From a virus: DNA of 57,909 nt. The stretch lies in the IMG/VR virus record IMGVR_UViG_3300045988_069295, positions 1-57,909 of that record, one strand, 5' to 3'. A model generated the notes under the pieces. The model saw only the letters and a list, made by a program, of their open reading frames with translations, was not told the DNA's origin and did no database searches. The first letter of the stretch is position 1, and the number at the start of each line of letters is the position of its first letter. Shown piece by piece: positions 41,840-50,781 of the stretch. The translations under genes and the position numbers were made by a program.

Positions 41840-42934
41840 CTACTTTTGCATTGCGTCAATCTCATAAAAAGCTGGAAGATACTCTTCAATCGCACCGTCT
41901 TTCTTCAAGCTGCCAATCAGATACCGCTTCGGGTGGTCAGGCCAAGGGTCACGGCTGATTGAAAGAATGTCTGCACACGCAGCCTTTACGATGTCATAGA
42001 CCGCATCTCTCCGCTTTGGTAGCTTAATAGATGGATGCTCTTCCATCAGCTTTACCTCAACAACCTTTGCAACCTCGATGCACTCTTGGACAGATAGAGC
42101 ATCACACACAGACCAATCGTACCCTTCGTATCCGCTTGTGCGGGTCTTTCTGGCGGCTTTTTTGATTTCCGGCTTGGAATTAGCCGTCTCACAATCAACC
42201 TCGCTAGAATCGGCATCTATGACGGGCTGCTTGGATTTGTACCCGAATCGAAACTCGACCGCTACGACCTTTCGCCCTGTGCAAATCTTCTCAAAGTCAA
42301 CGACAATGTCTGAAACATTGCTGATCTCTTCCACTGCTGGTTCAAGAACTCTGCGGCGTAAAGCCCGAAAGTCGTCATAACTTGCATCGTTTGCCCCCAA
42401 GTGGTCACGCAGCTGCTTCAAACCAATCTTGTTCGATGTTAGAGAGCGATTCATCCAATCTCGAATCATGCTGTACATCAGAATAGATGCTTGCTGCTTC
42501 ATCCCAATCGTATAGCGCAGACGGTATTTGACGTAGCCGCTTCTTGCAATGTCGAAAAACACAGGCCGCAAGTCAGGATTACAGTTGATTGAAACGTCAT
42601 AGGACAAGGATTCTCGATTGAACTTGACCTCTGCCTTTGTGAACAGCGGATACATCACATATTCCGTTCCGTCTGCGTTCAACGGCACCGAAACCACGTT
42701 GCCTAAGAAATGCTTGACCTGCGACTTCAAGTTCTTTGAATTAAGCTTCAAATCCAGCAGTTTGCAATATTCAGCCAGCGTAAACGACACGTTAGAGCTT
42801 TCGGGGTCTCTCGGATTGATACGGCTCAGATAGACCTCAAGCAATCGAAGCTCGCCTGCTGTGTAGTCCGTAAACTTCGCCCAAACCAATGCCTTGCTCT
42901 TTTCGACAAGGTTGTTTCCTGTCAATTCTGGCAT
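41840..42934 (-). CDS. repB: RepB / Rep_3-family plasmid replication initiator
   Basis: N-terminal NNLVEKSKALVWAKFTDYTAGELRLLEVYLSRI... pattern, two winged-helix-like halves, and iterons immediately upstream. Confidence 0.8.
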   Translation of the reverse strand: MPELTGNNLVEKSKALVWAKFTDYTAGELRLLEVYLSRINPRDPESSNVSFTLAEYCKLLDLKLNSKNLKSQVKHFLGNVVSVPLNADGTEYVMYPLFTKAEVKFNRESLSYDVSINCNPDLRPVFFDIARSGYVKYRLRYTIGMKQQASILMYSMIRDWMNRSLTSNKIGLKQLRDHLGANDASYDDFRALRRRVLEPAVEEISNVSDIVVDFEKICTGRKVVAVEFRFGYKSKQPVIDADSSEVDCETANSKPEIKKAARKTRTSGYEGYDWSVCDALSVQECIEVAKVVEVKLMEEHPSIKLPKRRDAVYDIVKAACADILSISRDPWPDHPKRYLIGSLKKDGAIEEYLPAFYEIDAMQK

Positions 42935-42976
42935 TGCATCACCTCATTTCTTCTACCCTATTATACCACTGCATCG

Positions 42977-43126
42977 TGTACACGTCAATGATTCTGTACA
43001 CAATTATTTTTTCAACAATCAACTTCCACATTCTGTACACGATACTCCACTTTATGTACACGATACACTCCACTTCTTGTACACGTTCCTCCACTTTATG
43101 TACACAATGCTCCACTTTTTGTACAC
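42977..43126. repeat. oriV iterons: five tandem units of about 21 bp (CTCCACTTTaTGTACAC) plus two partial copies. Inverted copies sit at 43306 and 43480 and an 11-bp AT-rich tandem at 43145..43166
   Basis: TGTACAC core at 42977, 42995, 43034, 43055, 43078, 43099 and 43120. AACAAGAGATA occurs twice. An 11-bp inverted repeat TTTTCAACAAT/ATTGTTGAAAA lies near 43200..43245. Confidence 0.85.
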
Positions 43127-43538
43127 GTTCTTACTATATATATAAACAAGAGATAAACAAGAGATAAATAATCATCATCAAATAGTGACGACGATACATT
43201 TTCAACAATTTTTTCTCTTCAACGGGCAGATTGTTGAAAACGACAACTTTTTTTGCTGAATAAGAAACGTCCATCAAGTCCTATAACCTACCTGATGGTT
43301 TTATCGTGTACAGAAAATGGAGTGCAATCACACCAATAAGGGACGAATTGACAAGTCACTCTTTGATGAACGAAAATTTTACGAGAGATCGTTAATTACA
43401 CCCCGCAAAAATCCATCATTTACGACTCTATAGGGGACAAAATGACAACCCAAAACTATATTTATAACACAGGTCTATTGTGTACAAAAAGTGGAACACG
43501 TCCCCCTGTATACCGTAAAAACTTCGATAATTCGACAA

Positions 43539-44132
43539 TCAGCGCAAAATGTTTTCTTCGTTGATGGTATAAGAATCGTTTCGTTTCATGGCCGCAGCTT
43601 CCCCACAGTCCTGTGCCTGATACAAAATCTGCATATTGGGTTGTGTTCCGTCTGGGTCTGGGTCGGTTTTGGTGGCCTGTGCCATCTCATAATGCCCTGT
43701 GATGGTGCGGCAGACGGACACACGATCACGCAAAGTCGTGTGAAGGTTGGCTACCATTTCGCAAAGAACGGCAAGGTAATCTGAGCCGTGATTGCCATAG
43801 ATCAGATAGCACAGCAAGTCAATTTCCTGTGGATGGGCGTCTTTGATATGTTCTATCAGCGTATCTCTCTTTCTTTCGGTGCTGGCATCGCCAGCCAGAC
43901 TTTCCAATAATCCGGGATGCAAACAGGCGTCTATGTACGGCTTGACCGCAACACCACAGCACACGAACCACTTTATGATAGTAGGGGCATCTGGGGTCAT
44001 TGTCCCTTGCTCATAACGAAAAATGGATGTCCGGCCTACACCCATTTTGTCCGCAAGCTTCTGTTGGCTAAGTCCAGATTCCGCTCTTGCCATCTCTAAC
44101 GCTTTTGCCACTCGTACCCTATAATCATCCAT
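43539..44132 (-). CDS. XRE-family HTH repressor (CI-like, no peptidase domain seen)
   Basis: SGLSQQKLADKMGVGRTSIFRYEQG; start moved to ATG 44132, preceded by AAGAGGGG. Confidence 0.75.
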   Translation of the reverse strand: MDDYRVRVAKALEMARAESGLSQQKLADKMGVGRTSIFRYEQGTMTPDAPTIIKWFVCCGVAVKPYIDACLHPGLLESLAGDASTERKRDTLIEHIKDAHPQEIDLLCYLIYGNHGSDYLAVLCEMVANLHTTLRDRVSVCRTITGHYEMAQATKTDPDPDGTQPNMQILYQAQDCGEAAAMKRNDSYTINEENILR

Positions 44133-44293
44133 AAATACCCCTCTTTCGACAAAACGATACAAAAGCAAAGAAATTTAACTGATATATTGTTCAAAATGTG
44201 AAACAATAATTGAAAAAAGTCGCTGTTCCATTGAAACAGCGAGATGTGGTATAACTGTACTGTCAAAAAATTCCAAAGAAGAAGGGAACAAAA

Positions 44294-44407
44294 ATGAGAG
44301 AAACTGCAATCTGGAACCATGAACGTATGCCGATCATCGACGGAATGCCTGCCAGCGTTCCCGATGGGCAACCACACACACCTGAACCATGGGAGGAAAG
44401 CGAATGA
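44294..44407 (+). CDS. possible 37-aa ORF
   Basis: Weak GAAGGGAA RBS. An extended -10 (TGGTATAAC) and an 8-bp dyad TCGCTGTT/AACAGCGA lie upstream. Confidence 0.3.
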   Translation: MRETAIWNHERMPIIDGMPASVPDGQPHTPEPWEESE

Positions 44408-44610
44408 ACCGAACCGTAGATGATCTGATTGTCCCATACGCTCGCAGACGGACGCTGGAGCTTGTACTGAGCCTTTCTGGGTACGAAGCTGATAAAGATG
44501 CTTACCTCGAAGCAAAAGGCATTCTGGAACGCGCCGTAGCCGCCTTAGACGATGGGCGTGACCCGGCAGACCGCATCGAACGCATTGACGGGAAGCTTGT
44601 GGAACTGTGA
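44404..44610 (+). CDS. hypothetical protein
   Basis: GGAGG lies 7 nt upstream of ATG 44404. Confidence 0.5.
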   Translation: MNRTVDDLIVPYARRRTLELVLSLSGYEADKDAYLEAKGILERAVAALDDGRDPADRIERIDGKLVEL

Positions 44611-44622
44611 AAGGAGAAGAAG

Positions 44623-44868
44623 ATGGACTTTACGAATGGATTCTATAAAGCCGAGAACCCTGTCGTCCTTGAAGAAGTGAAAACCTTCCTCCAGTCAATG
44701 GAACGGCGTGGAGCAACCGTAAAAGACTTGGACGATGCCATTGTGCAGCTAAACAATGTTTCGCACAGCATCAGCACAAACGCTCTCGTCAAAGCAGATG
44801 CGCTGAACGATTTACCGAATAACCCCTTTCGTTCCATGCTCAACGGAATGTTACAAAGCAAAGGGTAA
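44623..44868 (+). CDS. hypothetical protein
   Basis: AAGGAG RBS; 81 aa. Confidence 0.55.
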   Translation: MDFTNGFYKAENPVVLEEVKTFLQSMERRGATVKDLDDAIVQLNNVSHSISTNALVKADALNDLPNNPFRSMLNGMLQSKG

Positions 44869-44977
44869 CTTAAACTTAATGTGGCTCTTAATCATTGTTA
44901 TTGCAATTTTTGGTTTCCCTGATACAAAGTAACGGATGGAAAAATCATTTAACCTCAGCAAAGTTGTTAAAATGATA

Positions 44978-45005
44978 TTGACTGTACAACAGAAAGGTGT
45001 ATAAT
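44978..45005 (+). promoter_or_regulatory. sigma-70-type promoter
   Basis: TTGACT, a 16-nt spacer, then TATAAT. Confidence 0.6.
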
Positions 45006-45052
45006 CGTATCAAATGAACATCCGAACTTACCGATCGGGAGGATATGTCACA

Positions 45053-45154
45053 ATGAGTGAACAAGAAAGAGCTAAGATTGACCGATTTATCGCATGGCTG
45101 TTGGAACACCCTGATAAGATTCCGGCAGCGGAGCAAGCTTTAGACCTGGAATAA
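45053..45154 (+). CDS. possible 33-aa ORF
   Basis: GGGAGG RBS; has its own promoter and terminator. Confidence 0.4.
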   Translation: MSEQERAKIDRFIAWLLEHPDKIPAAEQALDLE

Positions 45155-45161
45155 CAGAAAA

Positions 45162-45208
45162 CCCCTTGCACAGAGCTACACCAGCCCGGCACAAGGGGTT
45201 TTTATTTT
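45162..45208 (+). terminator. rho-independent terminator
   Basis: CCCCTTG / CAAGGGG stem followed by TTTTTATTTT. Confidence 0.65.
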
Positions 45209-45214
45209 ACCGGG

Positions 45215-45349
45215 TCAGAACCACTTCTTTTTTCGGTTTCTACGGTAACGATATTTTCTGCTGTTGCCATATAGCGCACGGTCATTGCCTTTTAACAAGG
45301 CTCGCATGAACCAGAAGCAAAAGGCACAGCCGCACAACAAATAATACAT
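45215..45349 (-). CDS. possible 44-aa hydrophobic/basic peptide
   Basis: MYYLLCGCAFCFWFMRALLKGNDRALYGNSRKYRYRRNRKKKWF; weak AAGG RBS; directly downstream of the repressor gene. Confidence 0.3.
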   Translation of the reverse strand: MYYLLCGCAFCFWFMRALLKGNDRALYGNSRKYRYRRNRKKKWF

Positions 45350-45358
45350 GGGCTTACC

Positions 45359-45694
45359 TTACATCTTCTCAATCAGGTTTATCAGCGCTTCACGCTGCGC
45401 TGTCGGCATAGATTCAAGCTTTTTTCTAATCCGCTCCACTGCTGCATCGACCTCACTTTGCGGCTGCTGGGGCGGGTTTTCTTTTTGGTCGCCAGTGAGC
45501 AGGTAGTCCACAGTAACACCAAAGTATTGTGCTAACCTTGAAGCGTTATCGGAACACGGCTTTGGGTCTTCGCCTTGTTCATACTTCTTTTTCCAGTAAG
45601 ACCAAGACGATTTCGGCAGTCCAGCATCAATAACGGCTTTTGTCGGTGCAACATTCTTTGAATCGCATAATGCGAGGAAGTTGTCAAAAAACAT
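45359..45694 (-). CDS. XRE-family HTH repressor (second switch)
   Basis: ...SRLAQYFGVTVDYLLTGD; start moved to ATG 45694; divergent from the Cro-like gene. Confidence 0.7.
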   Translation of the reverse strand: MFFDNFLALCDSKNVAPTKAVIDAGLPKSSWSYWKKKYEQGEDPKPCSDNASRLAQYFGVTVDYLLTGDQKENPPQQPQSEVDAAVERIRKKLESMPTAQREALINLIEKM

Positions 45695-45926
45695 ATACTC
45701 AACCTTCTGTTCTTGTGCAAATTGCCGAAGTTCAACAAATTGAGCATAAGCCCTTGTAATGTTCAAAGAATTGTGCTTTAATAGTGCTATCAGGTTCAAG
45801 AAATTGAGCACAATTCCAATCGAATACAAGAGCAATGATTAAATGTTTGAACTTTGTTGACAACATTATATTATCACACTTTTAGTCTTTGTTCAAGTAT
45901 TTGTACAAAGAAAGGGGAGAGAAAAT

Positions 45927-46148
45927 TTGCGTCCAGAGTGGACGGGGGATGTTATTGGAAAACTTTATGTTCATGGGCTGTCTATTAAAGAACTTGCTAA
46001 GAGCATGGGGTACTCGCATGAATACCTAAGCGTCATCCTCAACGGCAAACGAGAACCTACTGGTATCAAAGAAAAGGTTGAAGATGCGGTAAACAAATTG
46101 ATTGAGCAGAGAAAGGAAAGTGAAAATGGCAAACATTCAAGTTTTTGA
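45927..46148 (+). CDS. Cro-like HTH protein (first gene of the early operon)
   Basis: GLSIKELAKSMGYSHEYLSVILNGKR; TTG start preceded by GGGGAG. Confidence 0.6.
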   Translation: MRPEWTGDVIGKLYVHGLSIKELAKSMGYSHEYLSVILNGKREPTGIKEKVEDAVNKLIEQRKESENGKHSSF

Positions 46149-46911
46149 ATATCAGAACAACAAAGTTCGCACTGTTGATGTGGAAGGCGAAGCATGGTTT
46201 GTTCTGAAAGACGTGTGCGAAATTCTGCGTATGGATACTACCCAGCTTAAAAAGGTCGCCGACCGACTGGATGAAGATGAAAAGGGTCGTACCCTGATTA
46301 CGACCCCCGGTGGAATGCAGGAAACATGGATTGTCAACGAAAGCGGTTTGTACCACGTCATCCTACGCAGCGACAAGCCAGAAGCGGCACCGTTCCGCAG
46401 ATGGGTCACAAACGATGTGCTTCCTGAAATCCGTAAGACCGGAAGCTACAACGCACCGCAGCTCACACGCTCACAGCTCCTTGCAACTGCGCTGATCGCA
46501 GCGCATGAGGAGCTGGAGGAGAAGGACAAGAGGATTGAACTTCTGACAGCCGACACGGAACGGATGAAGCCAAAAGAGATTTTCAGCGATGCAGTAAGCA
46601 CCAGTCAAAACAGTATCCTGGTCGGTGAGCTGGCTAAACTGCTCAAGCAGAACGGCATCGAAATCGGCGAGAAACGGTTGTATGCCTGGATGCGTGAGAA
46701 TGGTTATCTCATCAAGCGCAAGGGTGCTGATTGGAACAAGCCAACGCAGCGCAGCATGGAGATGAAGCTGTTCACCATCAAGGAAACGGTCATCTGCCAC
46801 TCGGACGGACATACCAGTGTGAACACCACCACAAAGGTAACTGGCATCGGTCAGGTCTATTTCGTTAATCTCTTCTTAAAGACGAAGAAGAACAAGAAAG
46901 CGGAGGGATGA
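46126..46911 (+). CDS. BRO-N / KilA-C antirepressor
   Basis: MANIQVFEYQNNKVRTVDVEGEAWFVLKDVCEIL...ESGLYHVILRSDKPEAAPFRRWVTNDVLPEIRKTGSY. Confidence 0.8.
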   Translation: MANIQVFEYQNNKVRTVDVEGEAWFVLKDVCEILRMDTTQLKKVADRLDEDEKGRTLITTPGGMQETWIVNESGLYHVILRSDKPEAAPFRRWVTNDVLPEIRKTGSYNAPQLTRSQLLATALIAAHEELEEKDKRIELLTADTERMKPKEIFSDAVSTSQNSILVGELAKLLKQNGIEIGEKRLYAWMRENGYLIKRKGADWNKPTQRSMEMKLFTIKETVICHSDGHTSVNTTTKVTGIGQVYFVNLFLKTKKNKKAEG

Positions 46912-47306
46912 ACATGGAACAAATCATCACCTTAAAGGTAGACCTTGAATACCCGGAAGAGGCGCACCACGCCATTGACGAGGCGACAAAGGTTTACGAG
47001 GCGGACAAGCTGAAGTGGACAGAAGCGGACCTCATCGAAGCAAAGCTTATGGCAATGCGTATTATGAACCGACTGTGTTTGGATGAGTATAGCATCGAAT
47101 GGTGCAGAGTCACGAAAGCGTATGACTACAAGGCGGTTTCTGTTTGGCTTAGTAAACCGGATAATGAAAGCTTTAAGAGAAATGCAACGTGCTGCATCCC
47201 TTCTACTTCTTTTGATATTTGGGTTGCCAAGTGTGTTTGCCTGTGTCGGGCTACCGGCAGGGACGTGCCCGCTTTCATCATCAAAAAGGCTGGTGAGTGC
47301 TGGTGA
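46908..47306 (+). CDS. hypothetical protein
   Basis: ATGA overlap with the upstream gene; 132 aa. Confidence 0.55.
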   Translation: MNMEQIITLKVDLEYPEEAHHAIDEATKVYEADKLKWTEADLIEAKLMAMRIMNRLCLDEYSIEWCRVTKAYDYKAVSVWLSKPDNESFKRNATCCIPSTSFDIWVAKCVCLCRATGRDVPAFIIKKAGECW

Positions 47307-47476
47307 CGTACTTTTACAAAGCACCGAGCCGGAAGCGCAGATTAAAGCTTGCAATGGCGGAGGGCGTGTCCCGGAACGAAGCCAACAATGTACTGTGGAC
47401 GGAAAAGATGCTGAACCAGTGTTTTGAACGGCACAATCGGGAAGCCAGAAAGAAAGACCGTGAACGCGATGAATAA
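47303..47476 (+). CDS. possible 57-aa ORF (start uncertain)
   Basis: GTG overlaps the upstream stop; an alternative ATG lies at 47352. Confidence 0.3.
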   Translation: MTYFYKAPSRKRRLKLAMAEGVSRNEANNVLWTEKMLNQCFERHNREARKKDRERDE

Positions 47477-47816
47477 ATTCTGCGTCCGCTGTGGAGCGTT
47501 TCTTGAAGCTCCGAACGCAAACCAGAAGTATTGTGTCGTATGTGCGCATAACGTCCAGCTTGAGCAGCAAGCGAAATGGAGACGTCGGAAGGGCAAAACC
47601 GAACGAGTGATGGGCCTTTGTGCGTGGTGCGGTAAGACGATGGTGAAGAAAACACCAGACCAGAAGTACCACAAAGACTGTGCCAGAAAGGCCGAAAGGT
47701 CATGTGCACCGGCTGGATATCAATTCAAGCTGCCAGAAAAGCAAAGGCCGACTCCGCCTAGATACAGCATCAAGCAAATAAACGACAAGGCAAAGTCGCT
47801 CGGAATGAACTACTGA
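47469..47816 (+). CDS. Zn-ribbon protein
   Basis: CVRCG...CVVC...CAWCG...HKDC. Confidence 0.55.
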   Translation: MNKFCVRCGAFLEAPNANQKYCVVCAHNVQLEQQAKWRRRKGKTERVMGLCAWCGKTMVKKTPDQKYHKDCARKAERSCAPAGYQFKLPEKQRPTPPRYSIKQINDKAKSLGMNY

Positions 47817-47859
47817 CATTACAGCACGTTGCTTAGTCAGGGGAAGGTGGAACCGCCCG

Positions 47860-48048
47860 ATGAACGGTAAATATTACGGTCAGCGGGAAATCCGCTGGAA
47901 CAGCCGGGAGAAAGAACGGCTGGAACATATCAACAAGCGAAAGGAGAAAAATGAAAGCACTTGTGGAAATCGCCCTGATCTGGGGCATCGTCCTGGCATT
48001 GATTCTGGCAACGTTCCTGTTGAACTTCTGGCTTGTGCATCATATTGA
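47860..48048 (+). CDS. doubtful ORF overlapping the next gene
   Basis: Reasonable GAAGGTGGA RBS, but the last ~100 nt overlap a convincing membrane-protein ORF in another frame. Confidence 0.3.
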   Translation: MNGKYYGQREIRWNSREKERLEHINKRKEKNESTCGNRPDLGHRPGIDSGNVPVELLACASY

Positions 48049-48142
48049 GCTTTTGGTCGGAGCTAAGGCGACATGGTACATCATAGGTGTTGGCGCTCTG
48101 ATGGCCACCTGCTGGATTTTCGGCGTCGGTAAAAAGGCATGA
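47951..48142 (+). CDS. small membrane protein (2 TM)
   Basis: AAGGAG RBS; coherent hydrophobic helices. Confidence 0.6.
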   Translation: MKALVEIALIWGIVLALILATFLLNFWLVHHIELLVGAKATWYIIGVGALMATCWIFGVGKKA

Positions 48143-48384
48143 CGCTGGAAGATGCAATGAGGGTCAGGTACTTCAACATCAACGACCTCAGCCGTAGATC
48201 GGGAGTATCAAGGCCGACGATTTACAGCATCTTGGGCAAGCGAAAGAAGCAGAAAAGTTCCGTTCGGGTCGATACGCTTCTAAAAATCGCAAAGGCGTTG
48301 AATGCAAAAATAGTCATCAAGGAGAAAAAGCCGAACGGATTTGACATTATTTTGAAAGAGGTGAAGAGAGATGAAAACAGTTAA
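48139..48384 (+). CDS. HTH (XRE-like) protein
   Basis: INDLSRRSGVSRPTIYSILGKR. Confidence 0.6.
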   Translation: MTLEDAMRVRYFNINDLSRRSGVSRPTIYSILGKRKKQKSSVRVDTLLKIAKALNAKIVIKEKKPNGFDIILKEVKRDENS

Positions 48385-48631
48385 AGGCACGGTGCTGTGC
48401 TGTATGAGCATTTCGCTTGCTATCGTAGCTCTTGGGTGTGGAAACGCCATTGAAGGTGCTGCGGGCGGATGGGCAATGCTCGGATACGCGTTCCTTGCTC
48501 TGGCGATGCTTTTTGTAGCTCTTATTTTGGCCGCAATTGGCGTAAGCGCCGAAAACGAGCGCATGGAGCAAGAGAGCCGAAAAATCAAGCGCATCCCGCA
48601 TCACACAAACGAATGGAGGGATGCCAAGTGA
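48371..48631 (+). CDS. small membrane protein
   Basis: Hydrophobic segments; 86 aa. Confidence 0.55.
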   Translation: MKTVKGTVLCCMSISLAIVALGCGNAIEGAAGGWAMLGYAFLALAMLFVALILAAIGVSAENERMEQESRKIKRIPHHTNEWRDAK

Positions 48632-48873
48632 AGTGCCCGATATGTGGAAGCGAAAAAATCAAAGCCAATCACAGCACATCACGTGAAGACAACATCATCC
48701 GACGGAGGCTCTGCAAAAACTGCGGTCATACATGGAATACAGTCGAAATAGATATGGACCAGTGGGACTCCGTAACGAGGAGCTTCAGCAAGATGAAATA
48801 TGCCATCTCTCAGTTGGAATCCCTTGTGGAAGAGATGAAGGCAAAAATCCTGAAACTTGGAGGAACGGTATGA
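48628..48873 (+). CDS. NrdR-like N-terminal Zn-ribbon protein
   Basis: VKCPICGS...RRRLCKNCGHTWNTVE; GGAGG lies 8 nt upstream of GTG 48628. Confidence 0.5.
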   Translation: MKCPICGSEKIKANHSTSREDNIIRRRLCKNCGHTWNTVEIDMDQWDSVTRSFSKMKYAISQLESLVEEMKAKILKLGGTV

Positions 48874-49025
48874 ACATGAACGAAATGTACGATTGTTCCG
48901 GTTGTTTTGATCGCTTCGGTGGCGTGGTTGAGCCGCCCGATGACTACTACTTCGCGCCCAGGACGGACGAAGAGCCTGAATGGCAGCGGCCAGATGAAGC
49001 GGATTCCATGTGCTGGGGAGATTGA
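48870..49025 (+). CDS. hypothetical 51-aa protein
   Basis: ATGA overlap with the upstream gene. Confidence 0.4.
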   Translation: MNMNEMYDCSGCFDRFGGVVEPPDDYYFAPRTDEEPEWQRPDEADSMCWGD

Positions 49026-49093
49026 TTTTCGTACAGCCAAGTTAAGCCGAAGTAATAACAATGAAGCCTAATGAAGCCGAAGAAAGGAAACGT

Positions 49094-49702
49094 ATGGACA
49101 ACAGCAAAATTCATGAAGCCTTGATGGCTGTTCAGTCAGAGTTGAAAGCCCCGAAGGGGCAGATGAACACATTTGGCGGTTACAAGTATCGCTCTTGTGA
49201 GGACATTTTGGAAGCAGTCAAACCAATTTTGAAAAAACACGGTTTGCTTCTTACCCTTTCTGATGAACCTAAAGTGTTAGAGGGGTGGCATTACATCGAA
49301 GCGACCGCAAAGGTGGAAACTCTGGATGGTGGATGCGTAACGGTTACTGCTTACGCAAGAGAACCGGAGCAAAAAACAAAGATGGATGCAGCGCAGGTGA
49401 CTGGAACGTCTAGTAGCTACGCTAGAAAGTACGCTCTGAACGGTTTGTTCTGCATTGACGATACGAAGGACGCTGACACGGACGAGTACCAGAAGCAAAC
49501 CACAAGCAAAGCAAACAAGCCTGCGCAGAAGCAAACGGAAGCAAAAACCATCCCCCCATGCGCTTGCTGCGGAAAGCAGTTGCAGCCTATTCAGTACAAC
49601 AACCGCACAGTCACTCCACTGGAAACTGCAAGAAGCACGAAGAAACGCTTTGGGCGTGTCCTGTGTTGGGACTGCGCCCAGAAACAGCCGAAGGAGGGCT
49701 AA
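49094..49702 (+). CDS. erf: ERF-family single-strand annealing protein with a C-terminal Zn ribbon
   Basis: ...FGGYKYRSCEDILEAVKPILKKHGLLL...SSSYARKYALNGLFCIDD. Confidence 0.75.
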   Translation: MDNSKIHEALMAVQSELKAPKGQMNTFGGYKYRSCEDILEAVKPILKKHGLLLTLSDEPKVLEGWHYIEATAKVETLDGGCVTVTAYAREPEQKTKMDAAQVTGTSSSYARKYALNGLFCIDDTKDADTDEYQKQTTSKANKPAQKQTEAKTIPPCACCGKQLQPIQYNNRTVTPLETARSTKKRFGRVLCWDCAQKQPKEG

Positions 49703-49705
49703 ACA

Positions 49706-50122
49706 ATGCTTAACTCTATCGCAATTCAGGGGCGTCTGGTTCACACGCCCGAAGCTAAGGTTACGAAATCCGGCAAGGATGTTTGTACGTTCAGCATTGC
49801 TTGTGACCGTCAGAGTGGCGGTCAGAAGGAAACCGACTTCTTCAACTGCACCGCATTTGGCAATACGGCACTGTTCGTTTCCAAGTGGTTCCAGAAGGGC
49901 AGCCTGATTCTGGTGACTGGCAGCATCCAGACCCGGAAATATATCGACAAGCAGGGAAACAACCGCACCGCAACGGAAATTATGGCGAACAAGGTTGACT
50001 TCTGCGGTGGCAAGTTTGACAGCAAACCCGCCGATCTGGCGCAGGATGCACCACAGAACTATTCGCAGGGAAACGCAGATGACTTCTCTGTGATTGACGA
50101 TGATGGTTCGTTGCCCTTCTGA
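49706..50122 (+). CDS. ssb: single-stranded DNA-binding protein
   Basis: MLNSIAIQGRLVHTPE...TDFFNCTAFG OB-fold pattern and an acidic tail DDDGSLPF. Confidence 0.9.
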   Translation: MLNSIAIQGRLVHTPEAKVTKSGKDVCTFSIACDRQSGGQKETDFFNCTAFGNTALFVSKWFQKGSLILVTGSIQTRKYIDKQGNNRTATEIMANKVDFCGGKFDSKPADLAQDAPQNYSQGNADDFSVIDDDGSLPF

Positions 50123-50134
50123 TTGGAGATGCGC

Positions 50135-50728
50135 ATGAATCAGGAAGAAAAAACGCATTGGACGCAAGATAAAATCTTGCTGTATGTGAAAGCCTGTATG
50201 TCTGCCACTGGTTTAACCAGAATGCCATCAAGAAGTGAATTGAGCGAGTATTACGGAAACGACAAGTTGACAAATGCAATTCGCCGTTTTCCGGGTGGCT
50301 ATTACAAAATAGCTGAAATCCTTAATATCGAAATGAAAGAAAGCGAAACGCAATTCGGAAAGTATGGCGAAGACCTTGCTACAAAACTGCTGGAAGAACA
50401 TGGATTTGCGGTTGAGCGAATGTCAACTAGATACGCCTATGACCTTTATGTTAATGGCAGCGTTAAGGTTGATGTGAAAACGGCAAGGCCGAGCAGAGCA
50501 AATAAGAGTTTTTGCTATTCGTTTAATCTTGAAAAACGATTCCCTACTTGTGATGTTTATTTTCTGATTGCAAAAAACGAAGAGAAGGAAAGCATTTATA
50601 TAGTTCCTGCTTCCATCAACCAGACGCAGATTGGTCTTGGAACTGGAACGACTGTGTACAGCAAATATCAAGACCGATATGACATTATCACTGATATGAG
50701 CAAGGCTTTCGCTTCGGCAAAGTTCTGA
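50135..50728 (+). CDS. PD-(D/E)xK-type nuclease with an N-terminal homing-endonuclease-associated-repeat-like domain
   Basis: WTQDKILLYVKACMSATGLTRMPSRSEL...; AYDLYVNG-SVKVDVKT (D...D-x-K); AT-rich segment. Confidence 0.45.
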   Translation: MNQEEKTHWTQDKILLYVKACMSATGLTRMPSRSELSEYYGNDKLTNAIRRFPGGYYKIAEILNIEMKESETQFGKYGEDLATKLLEEHGFAVERMSTRYAYDLYVNGSVKVDVKTARPSRANKSFCYSFNLEKRFPTCDVYFLIAKNEEKESIYIVPASINQTQIGLGTGTTVYSKYQDRYDIITDMSKAFASAKF

Positions 50729-50781
50729 TCTCCTACCTTATATAAGAGCTGTGCTATCTGGCTGGACGGGCGTTTGGAAAG

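Noticed and set aside
44945-45136. 63-aa - strand ORF
   Set aside because: It overlaps a + strand promoter, a mini-ORF and a terminator unit, and it has no RBS.
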